Positions 7,697-14,477 of a stretch of 20,000 nt of DNA are shown here, in pieces. The stretch comes from an uncultured virus (IMG/VR IMGVR_UViG_3300046524_000594) (lineage: Duplodnaviria; Heunggongvirae; Uroviricota; Caudoviricetes), in IMG/VR virus record IMGVR_UViG_3300046524_000594; one strand, given 5' to 3'. The first letter of the stretch is position 1. Every line of letters begins with the position of its first letter. Below the pieces are notes generated by a model that made no database searches, was not told the DNA's origin, and saw only the letters and a program-made list of their open reading frames with translations. The position numbers and the translations under genes were made by a program.

Positions 7697-8122
7697 TCAG
7701 GCGACCTTTACGGACTGCTTGAACACTTCCAGGCTGACGATCACTTCGTCCGCTTCCTTGATCAGTTCCGACTTTTCGCGAGAGCACACTCGCCCATCGG
7801 CCTGGGCGTCATAGGCGAGACGAGTCACGTCAGCCAGATCGACATGCAGGCGCATCAGTGCGGAATTGAGATCTGTAGGTGTTGGCTTCTCTTTCGGGAC
7901 TAGGTCAAACCCGAAGTGCTCGGCCCAAGCTTTCAGCGGGCGGAAATCCTCGGTGTACTTCATGATCCGGTGCAGCTCCTGCACGTTCATCTTGTGGCTG
8001 TCGTAGTCCGGGTTGGCTTTTTGCGACAGCAAAGTGCGCGACGGGAAGCTCGCGCCTTCGGCGATCCGGCTTGCACCGTGGGTGTCCACCACGTCGTAGA
8101 TGGCCTTCATCAAGTCCTGCAT
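7697..8122 (-). CDS. cII: CII-type phage regulatory protein
   Basis: 141 aa after cro. LLSQKANPD..H.M...EL, and ADGRVCSREK..LI..A C-terminus typical of the CII/CP76-like family. GAGG RBS. Confidence 0.75.
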   Translation of the reverse strand: MQDLMKAIYDVVDTHGASRIAEGASFPSRTLLSQKANPDYDSHKMNVQELHRIMKYTEDFRPLKAWAEHFGFDLVPKEKPTPTDLNSALMRLHVDLADVTRLAYDAQADGRVCSREKSELIKEADEVIVSLEVFKQSVKVA

Positions 8123-8140
8123 GTCACACCTCGAAAATTG

Positions 8141-8174
8141 TTACGTGGCGTTACGCCACCAGCGACGCGATCAT
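8141..8174 (+). promoter_or_regulatory. Putative CII-activated PRE-like promoter
   Basis: TTAC-N6-TTAC direct repeat (8141-8154) just upstream of the cII start, analogous to lambda TTGC-N6-TTGC. Weak -10 GATCAT at 8169-8174. Confidence 0.5.
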
Positions 8175-8203
8175 TTGTTTACCAACTGATCAAGGACGTA
8201 TCC

Positions 8204-8410
8204 ATGACCGACTCTTCCGAACTGCAAGGCGAGATAACCGCCCTCTGCTGCTTCCTGGATGCATTGGCATCCACCCTGCCCCTGTCTTCTCAGATGAGGC
8301 TCTGGCCTGCGTTTGAGCAGAAGGCCAGTCAGTTGCGTGATCGGTTGAGCCAAGAGGCCCTGCGCGGCTTCGAACTGGCGACGATTTCGCTTAGCTCGAA
8401 GCGCGGTTAG
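8204..8410 (+). CDS. Hypothetical protein between cII and cro on the opposite strand, 68 aa
   Basis: AAGGA RBS, ATG at 8204 (MTDSSELQGEITALCCFLDALA...). Stop overlaps the cro stop. Confidence 0.6.
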   Translation: MTDSSELQGEITALCCFLDALASTLPLSSQMRLWPAFEQKASQLRDRLSQEALRGFELATISLSSKRG

Positions 8411-8586
8411 GCTGCTTGAGGCTTGCTGCATGCTTTGAACTTCCCGCTGGTGAGGACTTGCAACTGAAACTGCCGCGCCTCTGGAACGGTTTCGCCCCAC
8501 ATGGTCACCGCGCTAGGACTGATACCCAGGGCGTCAGCAAGCTTGGTTTTACTGCCGAAGTGGGCGGCAACTTCTTTGGTCTTCAT
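8407..8586 (-). CDS. cro: Cro-family repressor, 59 aa (not in ORF track)
   Basis: MKTKEVAAHFGSKTKLADALGISPSAVTMWGETVPEARQFQLQVLTSGKFKACSKPQAA; HTH; divergent from cI; GAGGA RBS. Confidence 0.92.
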   Translation of the reverse strand: MKTKEVAAHFGSKTKLADALGISPSAVTMWGETVPEARQFQLQVLTSGKFKACSKPQAA

Positions 8587-8611
8587 CTGACGTGGTCCTC
8601 GCGTTAGCTTG

Positions 8612-8692
8612 AATAAATTTCAGCATCCTTAAATTCCCACGTCAAGGGCTATCTTCAGCATGCTGCATACTTAAATTCAGTTAGCTTAATAT
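8612..8692. promoter_or_regulatory. OR operator region with PR and PRM
   Basis: Three 14-bp sites TTCAGCATCCTTAA (8619), TTCAGCATGCTGCA (8654) and TTCAGTTAGCTTAA (8676). TTGACG -35 on the minus strand at 8645-8640. CTTAAT about 8 nt before the cI ATG. Confidence 0.85.
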
Positions 8693-8698
8693 CGGCCT

Positions 8699-9349
8699 AT
8701 GGATAGACATGAACGTATTGCCCGCGCCATTCAGCTGAGCGGCTTGAAGAAAGGCGAGATTGCTTCCGCTTGCGGAGTCGCGAACTCGGCCGTAACTCAA
8801 TGGATTACAGGGGAAAGCAAAAGCCTGAAGCCCGAAAACCTCTATGCCCTTGCGAAGGCGACAGGATTTCGAGCCGAATGGCTAGCCATTGGTGAGGGTC
8901 CAGAGAAAGAACCTGACTCGAACGTTGCGATGGCGGTACAGCCCGACATGATGTTCCGGTATCCGGTCATTTCGTGGGTCGCCGCGGGTGCCTGGGCCGA
9001 AGCTGTTGAGCCCTACCCGCCTGGCTTTTCTGATCGTTACGAGATGTCTGAGTACGATTCGAAAGGCCCAGCGTTCTGGCTAGAGGTCAGAGGTGACTCG
9101 ATGACATCACCAGTCGGTCAGAGTGTCCCCGAGGGCAGCCTAATCCTAGTGGACACTGAGGCGGACGCTTATTCCGGCAAGCTGGTGATTGCAAAGCTGT
9201 CGAACAGCGACAAGGCCACATTTAAGAAGCTGGTCGACGACGGTGGCAGACGGTTCCTCAAGCCTTTGAACCCCGCCTATCCGATTGAGGCGTGCGAGGA
9301 CGACTGCCGGATTATCGGCGTAGTCGTAAGGGCACTCATGAAGCTCTGA
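8699..9349 (+). CDS. cI: CI repressor (HTH plus S24 autopeptidase)
   Basis: N-terminal HTH; VAAG cleavage site; GDSM catalytic Ser; TFKKL catalytic Lys. Confidence 0.95.
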   Translation: MDRHERIARAIQLSGLKKGEIASACGVANSAVTQWITGESKSLKPENLYALAKATGFRAEWLAIGEGPEKEPDSNVAMAVQPDMMFRYPVISWVAAGAWAEAVEPYPPGFSDRYEMSEYDSKGPAFWLEVRGDSMTSPVGQSVPEGSLILVDTEADAYSGKLVIAKLSNSDKATFKKLVDDGGRRFLKPLNPAYPIEACEDDCRIIGVVVRALMKL

Positions 9350-9420
9350 GGGTGTTTAGGCCCTGAAGCTGTTGAGGTCTATTGGCGCGGAGCGCTGCAC
9401 CTCATAAATGGAGTTAACTA

Positions 9421-10572
9421 ATGAAGAAGACGTATTCCAACAACTCTGACCACCGCCTACGCGCGGCGTCCAAAAGGGGGGCTCGGGGAAATCGCCCTAA
9501 AGGTACGGGCGCACCACTAGATCTCAACCCAATCTTCCTCAAACCCAATATCAAGTCACTTAAAGCGAATACATTGTTCTCGCCGCCTAGAGTCCAAGCA
9601 CCGTCTAAGCTGGATCTATACTCCAAATCAAACTTTGAGTTGTTTTGCAACTTCATAACCAACCTGAGCAACCTATCCGCGCACAACGAACGGGTTATCA
9701 TCTGCTTTAGGGACACTCATCGAATCACTGCTGCGGCGGCTTTGAGGCTTTTGGCTGAGGTTTCTCATCTGCTCCACACGCACAAGCACCTAACATTTGG
9801 ATGCTCGGTTTCACATCGCCGTCGCGGAAAATACAAAAATACCGATAGAGCAATCGAAGCTGTATTACAACAAATTGGTTTTTTCAAACTTATTGGACAA
9901 CCAGAACGCGCGCCTACTAACCGCGCGGATATTTCGATGTGGAGGCAAGAGTCTGGAATATTGGCAGACGGTACGCTCGCTGGCCGACTCCTCAACTGCT
10001 TACCTTCCTCCGTGTCAAAAAGATCAAAAGCACAGCTGTATAAAGGCGCAATTGAAGCCATGGCAAACAGCGCTGACCATGCCTACCCCATCGCAGAAGA
10101 TGCCTCGATTTCAATAGATAACAGATGGTGGATGCTCGTAGGCCTTAACCAGTCTAGCCTGACACTAATCGTATGCGACCTGGGTGTGGGAATTCCAGTT
10201 ACATTACCCAAGAAACATCCAGATACCATGCTCCAATCCATTTTCAGGACGTTTGGGATCGTGGGTAACGGAGATGCCGAGTTGATTCACGCTTCGACAT
10301 TCATCAAAAGAAGTAGGACAAACCAAACCCATAGAGGCAAAGGAGGTGCCGACATTCGTTCTATAACTGAGCACTTCCCATCTGCCCTGTTGTCTATCCG
10401 AAGTAATCGCGGGTGCTATGTGGTTGCGGGACCGGAGTATCAAGGTCGAGTCAGGCCAGATTACCGAACGATCGATGGGACTGATGATCGTGAGTGGTCA
10501 GCAAGCTACGACGGGTCCATCCGTGGTACGATGATAGAATGGACTGTGTCCTTGAAGGAATTGGAAAAATGA
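9421..10572 (+). CDS. GHKL/HATPase-fold ATP-binding protein (anti-sigma kinase-like) with a degenerate STAS-like N-terminal domain
   Basis: N-box EAMANSADHAY, G1 box VCDLGVGIP, G2 box RGKGG, terminal GTMIEW strand. GGAG RBS. AT-richer than the flanking genes. Confidence 0.8.
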   Translation: MKKTYSNNSDHRLRAASKRGARGNRPKGTGAPLDLNPIFLKPNIKSLKANTLFSPPRVQAPSKLDLYSKSNFELFCNFITNLSNLSAHNERVIICFRDTHRITAAAALRLLAEVSHLLHTHKHLTFGCSVSHRRRGKYKNTDRAIEAVLQQIGFFKLIGQPERAPTNRADISMWRQESGILADGTLAGRLLNCLPSSVSKRSKAQLYKGAIEAMANSADHAYPIAEDASISIDNRWWMLVGLNQSSLTLIVCDLGVGIPVTLPKKHPDTMLQSIFRTFGIVGNGDAELIHASTFIKRSRTNQTHRGKGGADIRSITEHFPSALLSIRSNRGCYVVAGPEYQGRVRPDYRTIDGTDDREWSASYDGSIRGTMIEWTVSLKELEK

Positions 10573-10913
10573 AGACAATATTTGTGAGAGAATTTTCTGA
10601 GTTTCCCGGGCCAAGATATGAATCTCTCGGTCCGCACTCTGGGGAAATATTCAGGAAGACTGTTCTTTTGCCAGCAATCGAAGATAGCCAAGGGGAGGTA
10701 TCTGTAGTACTAGATGGCGTATTCGGTTACGGATCGTCGTTTCTTGATGAAGCCTTCGGAGGTATGATCAGAGACGGTGTGTCAAATGAGATTGCGTTAA
10801 AAATATGTGAAAGGCTAGTTTCGGAAGATGACCCAACATTGCTTACCGAAATAACTCAATGGGTTAAAGAGGCTATTTCAGAGAGAGATTCGAAACGTGT
10901 CGACCCTACCTAA
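10569..10913 (+). CDS. STAS-like (DUF4325-like) protein, 114 aa
   Basis: ATG at 10569 overlaps the upstream stop (ATGA). FSEFPGPRY..G.HSGE.FR and VVLDGVFGYGSSFLDEAFGG motifs. Confidence 0.8.
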   Translation: MKTIFVREFSEFPGPRYESLGPHSGEIFRKTVLLPAIEDSQGEVSVVLDGVFGYGSSFLDEAFGGMIRDGVSNEIALKICERLVSEDDPTLLTEITQWVKEAISERDSKRVDPT

Positions 10914-11373
10914 TACTGGCGCAGACGTTGGTGCAATTGTAGGTTGGACGTTTGCCTTTATTGGTGTTGTCTCGACACTTTATGGTTGGCGAGTCAGAGG
11001 GCAACAGCAAAAGTGGCTCGCTAAAAAAAAGGATATCCACGAGGCCATCGATAGGGCCGTAAAATCCCTTATAGAATTTGAGGATTCGTCCCTTAGTTTC
11101 TGGACTGAAAAAGACACTAAGATTTCGCAGCAGCACCTTTTAGCTCTACACCGCAGAATGATCGTGGCATTCAAGCAGGTTTCAGAGTTCAGCGAAAAGG
11201 CGCTTCCATCTCAGTATCTTGCCGATTTAAAAAAATTTACGACCTTGGATTTTGAAAAAGCCAAACGACCTATCAGTCCGCAGGCGCCAAGAGTTGCGAA
11301 TATCGCTTTAGCGGCCGGCAGATTGCTGAATTCTAGCTATCTCATGAAGTCATGGGGCGACGTGAACACCTGA
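10897..11373 (+). CDS. Membrane-anchored helical protein, 158 aa
   Basis: GTG start overlapping the STAS gene. One N-terminal TM segment (VGAIVGWTFAFIGVVSTLYGW) followed by amphipathic helices. Confidence 0.75.
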   Translation: MSTLPNTGADVGAIVGWTFAFIGVVSTLYGWRVRGQQQKWLAKKKDIHEAIDRAVKSLIEFEDSSLSFWTEKDTKISQQHLLALHRRMIVAFKQVSEFSEKALPSQYLADLKKFTTLDFEKAKRPISPQAPRVANIALAAGRLLNSSYLMKSWGDVNT

Positions 11374-11393
11374 CCATTGCCAAAATCTTAATG

Positions 11394-11421
11394 GCCTGTC
11401 CGACATTGGACGGGCTTTTTT
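11394..11421 (+). terminator. Intrinsic terminator ending the cI/accessory operon
   Basis: GCCTGTCC-GACATT-GGACGGGC-TTTTTT. Confidence 0.85.
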
Positions 11422-11462
11422 ACGTCAGCACACCAAAAGAGAACATTTGTACTCCTCCCCTG

Positions 11463-11503
11463 TTGCCATTCGCCTGGATCCTTTTTACTGTATATGCATA
11501 CAG
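11463..11503 (+). promoter_or_regulatory. LexA (SOS) box overlapping a sigma70 promoter
   Basis: CTGTATATGCATACAG (11488-11503) fits CTG-N10-CAG. TTGCCA (11463), 17 bp, TACTGT (11486). Confidence 0.85.
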
Positions 11504-11524
11504 CAGTAGAAACGGAGGTTCATT

Positions 11525-11776
11525 ATGCTTCAGCAACCCGAGTTCACCCAGATTAAACCCCGCTCCTACGAGCAGATCGGCCACCGCGTCAAAGAGATCA
11601 TCAGCGATCCCAGTGTTCAAAAGGTTCAGTTCGTCACTGTCTCCAGGCTGCCCAACGAGGGCAAGTCCGACTGGGGGAGGCTGATGGATGAGATCGCCAG
11701 CACCCAAGGCATCCGAGTGCAGAGGGTCGATGAGGACTCCTTCAAGATCGGCTGGCGGGAATACTGTGAAGCCTGA
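11525..11776 (+). CDS. DUF1654-like protein, SOS-regulated
   Basis: GGAGG RBS. SYEQIGHRVKEIISDPSVQK..V..LPNE...W..LMDEI..TQGI pattern. Confidence 0.75.
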   Translation: MLQQPEFTQIKPRSYEQIGHRVKEIISDPSVQKVQFVTVSRLPNEGKSDWGRLMDEIASTQGIRVQRVDEDSFKIGWREYCEA

Positions 11777-11781
11777 GCAGG

Positions 11782-11805
11782 AGCCTGCAGAGTGCGGGCT
11801 TTTTA
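11782..11805 (+). terminator. Intrinsic terminator
   Basis: AGCCTGCA-GAG-TGCGGGCT-TTTT. Confidence 0.8.
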
Positions 11806-11817
11806 TCGGCCGAGAAA

Positions 11818-11878
11818 TTCAGCAAGCTGAAAATATATATTCAGCATGCTTGACTGTTTATTTCAGATTGCTTAAATT
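11818..11878 (+). promoter_or_regulatory. OL operators and PL promoter
   Basis: TTCAGCAAGCTGAA (11818), TTCAGCATGCTTGA (11840) and TTCAGATTGCTTAA (11862) match the OR sites. TTGACT (11850), 17 bp, TAAATT (11873). Confidence 0.9.
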
Positions 11879-11909
11879 CTCTCCATCGCAGCGACACACC
11901 GCTCCGACC

Positions 11910-11922
11910 CGCTCTTTAACAA
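11910..11922 (+). promoter_or_regulatory. boxA antitermination element
   Basis: CGCTCTTTAACAA matches the consensus boxA, about 25 nt after the PL start. Confidence 0.85.
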
Positions 11923-12185
11923 CCAGCGCCATGAACGACTACCCGGCCAAACCGGTTAGGTCACTCCCGGCACCATCGGTGGGAGGTCAGTAAACCGAAG
12001 GAAACAAACCGCTGCGCTTGTGAGGCGACCGGCGCCAGATGAAAGCCATTGAGGGGCTCAGTCTGGCGAGGTAATGACCGAACTGTGCGAATGACCCTGA
12101 CGGGCGCAGCGAGTGATAAGACTGAACGATTCACTGAAGCACCTGGGCGACCGGGTGCTTTGGGAATCCACTGGAGGAATAAGGC

Positions 12186-12371
12186 ATGAGCCTGAAAGAT
12201 CAGGGCTACCGCTTCTGCGTCAGCCCGAACAAGCAAGACGCCAGATGGCTAGCGCCGAACATCTGGAAAGCGATGCACGCCGACTGGATCGACGTGACGG
12301 ACTGGTCAAGCGAGAAGCTGGTCGCGTTCGTGACGCCCGAGCCGCAGCAGGAAGAGCTGTTCTCAGCGTAA
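12186..12371 (+). CDS. Hypothetical protein, first PL gene, 61 aa
   Basis: Strong GGAGG RBS. Not arginine-rich, so not N-like. Confidence 0.75.
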   Translation: MSLKDQGYRFCVSPNKQDARWLAPNIWKAMHADWIDVTDWSSEKLVAFVTPEPQQEELFSA

Positions 12372-12397
12372 AAGCAGTCGGCATTCGCAAGAGTGCC

Positions 12398-12554
12398 CAT
12401 CGGAGATTGATCGAAGCGTGCCCAAGCGGGCTGCAGCGCTAGGATCGCAAAGCCCCGTGAAGTTCCTGAGCCGGTATGAGCAAGACGGCCAATACCAAAA
12501 ACGCGGCGGGAAGCAAGCGGGCCAGCGCCCCGGTGCTTCGATCAATCTCCGATG
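12398..12554 (+). ncRNA. Structured RNA domain closed by a perfect 20-bp inverted repeat
   Basis: CATCGGAGATTGATCGAAGC (12398-12417) pairs with GCTTCGATCAATCTCCGATG (12535-12554). Confidence 0.55.
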
Positions 12555-12751
12555 CAGATGCAGGGCCGGGCTGACGGGCAAGTGTAAGACCTGAGGGATC
12601 GCGGGAATCGTGGTCGATAGAGTGAGTAAGCGCCCAGATGGTCACGGCGAGTCCAAGAATAAGCGGCTGAAACCTTCGCCCCGGTGAAACTCCGGTGTCA
12701 CTGAGGCCGCTAATAGTCATGCCGGGATCAGCTCCGGTCATCTGCACCCCA
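12554..12751 (+). ncRNA. tRNA-shaped RNA with a large central insert
   Basis: 7-bp acceptor-like stem GCAGATG/CATCTGC followed by A-CCCCA, stacked on a 5-bp T-like arm, with a D-like arm at the 5' side. Confidence 0.5.
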
Positions 12752-12846
12752 TTCAACAGGTAGCCACTGCCTTCTCAGTGAGCGAGCAGTACGCGTTTGA
12801 CTCACAGATTAACGCTACGCTTCCTGCTCACTCAAACGAGGCGTTA

Positions 12847-13092
12847 ATGATGAAAGTGAAAGAAATGATTGCTGCTCTACAAAAGCTTGATCCTGAGGTG
12901 ACCTTGCTCTCGCTTTGCGAGGACGCGGAGGTCCTGGAGAAGGGCCAAGCAATTCGAATATTCGAACCGTATTCTGCGGATATGTTCTTCGCGGATATGG
13001 GCCGCGACTCCGATTACAAAGGCCGGCTGAGTATCACTGCGGCCGGCGAGGGTCGAAAGCTCGCAAGCATCAACGTAACCACTGACTTTTAG
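12847..13092 (+). CDS. Hypothetical protein, 81 aa
   Basis: GAGG RBS before ATG at 12847. MKVKEMIAALQKLDPE N-terminus, common in phage proteins. Confidence 0.7.
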   Translation: MMKVKEMIAALQKLDPEVTLLSLCEDAEVLEKGQAIRIFEPYSADMFFADMGRDSDYKGRLSITAAGEGRKLASINVTTDF

Positions 13093-13250
13093 TTAGCTGC
13101 ATCGACTAGCCGCCGTAAGCGGCTCCCTCCTGCTTCCACCCTCCCCCAATACGACCGCATCGACAGGTGCCCGCGTGCTTCACGGCACGGGCTTGGTCAC
13201 CTGCGCGGGCATCTGATCAATGCGGTTGAACAGCGCCTACGGAGGCGATC

Positions 13251-13667
13251 ATGAACTCATTCGCAAGAGCGCAAGCGCGCTGGGACAACATGCAACCGGA
13301 TGACGACTCCGGGCGTGAAGAAGCGGCTCACCGCTGGATCGAAGACACAGCCGAGAACCTGATGCGCGGCTGTGACCTGGTGATTCGCCGCCGTCTCTGT
13401 TCCCCCATCGTCGTCGAGTACTCCACGTTCCTTTCCGAGGTTCAGTTGCATCTGAATCAGCGGCAGATCGACGATGAAGATCCTGATGACTTCTTCGCTC
13501 AGCTGGTCATCGCGGCTCTTGGCGGCGCACCGGCCAAGACGTACGCCTTGGGTCTGCTCGGCCAGGGACAAACCCCGATGGGCAAGCTGTTCGATATCGC
13601 CGTCGCGCTGGTCGAGCCGCACGCCGAAGCAGGCCTTGAGGCTGAAGCAGAGGATGCGGACCTATGA
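13251..13667 (+). CDS. Hypothetical phage protein, 138 aa
   Basis: GGAGG RBS; first gene of a translationally coupled run. Confidence 0.8.
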   Translation: MNSFARAQARWDNMQPDDDSGREEAAHRWIEDTAENLMRGCDLVIRRRLCSPIVVEYSTFLSEVQLHLNQRQIDDEDPDDFFAQLVIAALGGAPAKTYALGLLGQGQTPMGKLFDIAVALVEPHAEAGLEAEAEDADL

Positions 13668-13858
13668 GCCCGCACATCCTGATCGACGTTGCGCTTGAAG
13701 GGCTTGAGGACTGGGACTGCCCTGCTTTCAACGAGGTGTTGGTGCAGAAGCAAATCACCGACCACCTCACCAATGGCGTCATCACCATCCCTGAGTTCCA
13801 CCACTACTGTGAGCGCCTGGTGAAAATTCTCCAGCGGCGCGGGAGGCTTGCGGCATGA
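13664..13858 (+). CDS. Hypothetical phage protein, 64 aa
   Basis: ATGA overlaps with both neighbours. Confidence 0.75.
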   Translation: MSPHILIDVALEGLEDWDCPAFNEVLVQKQITDHLTNGVITIPEFHHYCERLVKILQRRGRLAA

Positions 13859-14286
13859 GCAGAAGCGGATACAGCGACGACAACGATGACAACTGGTCTC
13901 TGATTTGTTGGCGCGGTGCTGTGAACTCAGCGCTGCGTGGCAAGCGCGGGCAGGCGTTCTTAACAGAGCTGGCCACCGCGCTCGATGCCATGCCAGTTAA
14001 GCGTCTGGTTACCGAGCAGCTTCAGGCCGACGGCGACTTCTGCACGCTCGGTGTGGTTGGTCAGTCTCGTGGTCTGGACATGACTGTCATCGACCCTGAC
14101 GACGCAGAGGCTGTAGCTGACAGATTCGGCATAGCCTAGGCCATGGCTCGCGAGATCGTTTGGGAAAACGATGATCACCCGGGGGTGTATGACCCTCAAC
14201 AGGGATGGCGGCGCGAGACTCCGGAAGAGCGCTGGACCCGCATGCGTAAATGGGTCGATAAGCAGATCAAGGAGGTTGCCCAGTGA
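13855..14286 (+). pseudogene. Phage hypothetical gene interrupted by an in-frame TAG at 14137-14139
   Basis: The frame continues after the TAG (AMAREIVWENDD...ETPEERWTRMRKWVDKQIKEVAQ) to a TGA at 14286 that overlaps the next start (GTGA). Confidence 0.75.
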
Positions 14287-14477
14287 CCACGCCAATCGTG
14301 AAATCTCTGATCGACGAGCAGCTCGACGACATCGAAAGAAAGCTTGCTGTCATGGGCTTTGGCCTTGCGTTCAATGAGGTGCTCGGCCTGCCGCGCGAGA
14401 CCCCGGTTTGCGATCTGACTAAGCGCTTGGCGCCGATGCAGAAAGGGAGACGAATTGCAGTGAGGGTTCGGCCGTGA
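14283..14477 (+). CDS. Hypothetical phage protein, 64 aa
   Basis: AAGGAGG RBS, GTG start, coupled to the next gene. Confidence 0.75.
   Translation: MTTPIVKSLIDEQLDDIERKLAVMGFGLAFNEVLGLPRETPVCDLTKRLAPMQKGRRIAVRVRP

Noticed and set aside
9421..10572. Two-component sensor histidine kinase
   Set aside because: No H-box/DHp domain, TM sensor or response regulator seen. The partner is a STAS protein.
12186..12371. N antiterminator, based on its position after PL
   Set aside because: No arginine-rich RNA-binding motif, and the protein is acidic at the C-terminus.
11923..12554. Known self-cleaving ribozyme or riboswitch (hammerhead, HDV-like, twister, FMN, cobalamin)
   Set aside because: I could not fit the conserved cores by eye, here or at 1891-2090. 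A covariance model scan is needed to exclude them properly.
12554..12751. Canonical tRNA or tmRNA gene
   Set aside because: No TTCRA T-loop, no defined anticodon arm, no alanine acceptor identity and no tag reading frame. Kept only as tRNA-like.
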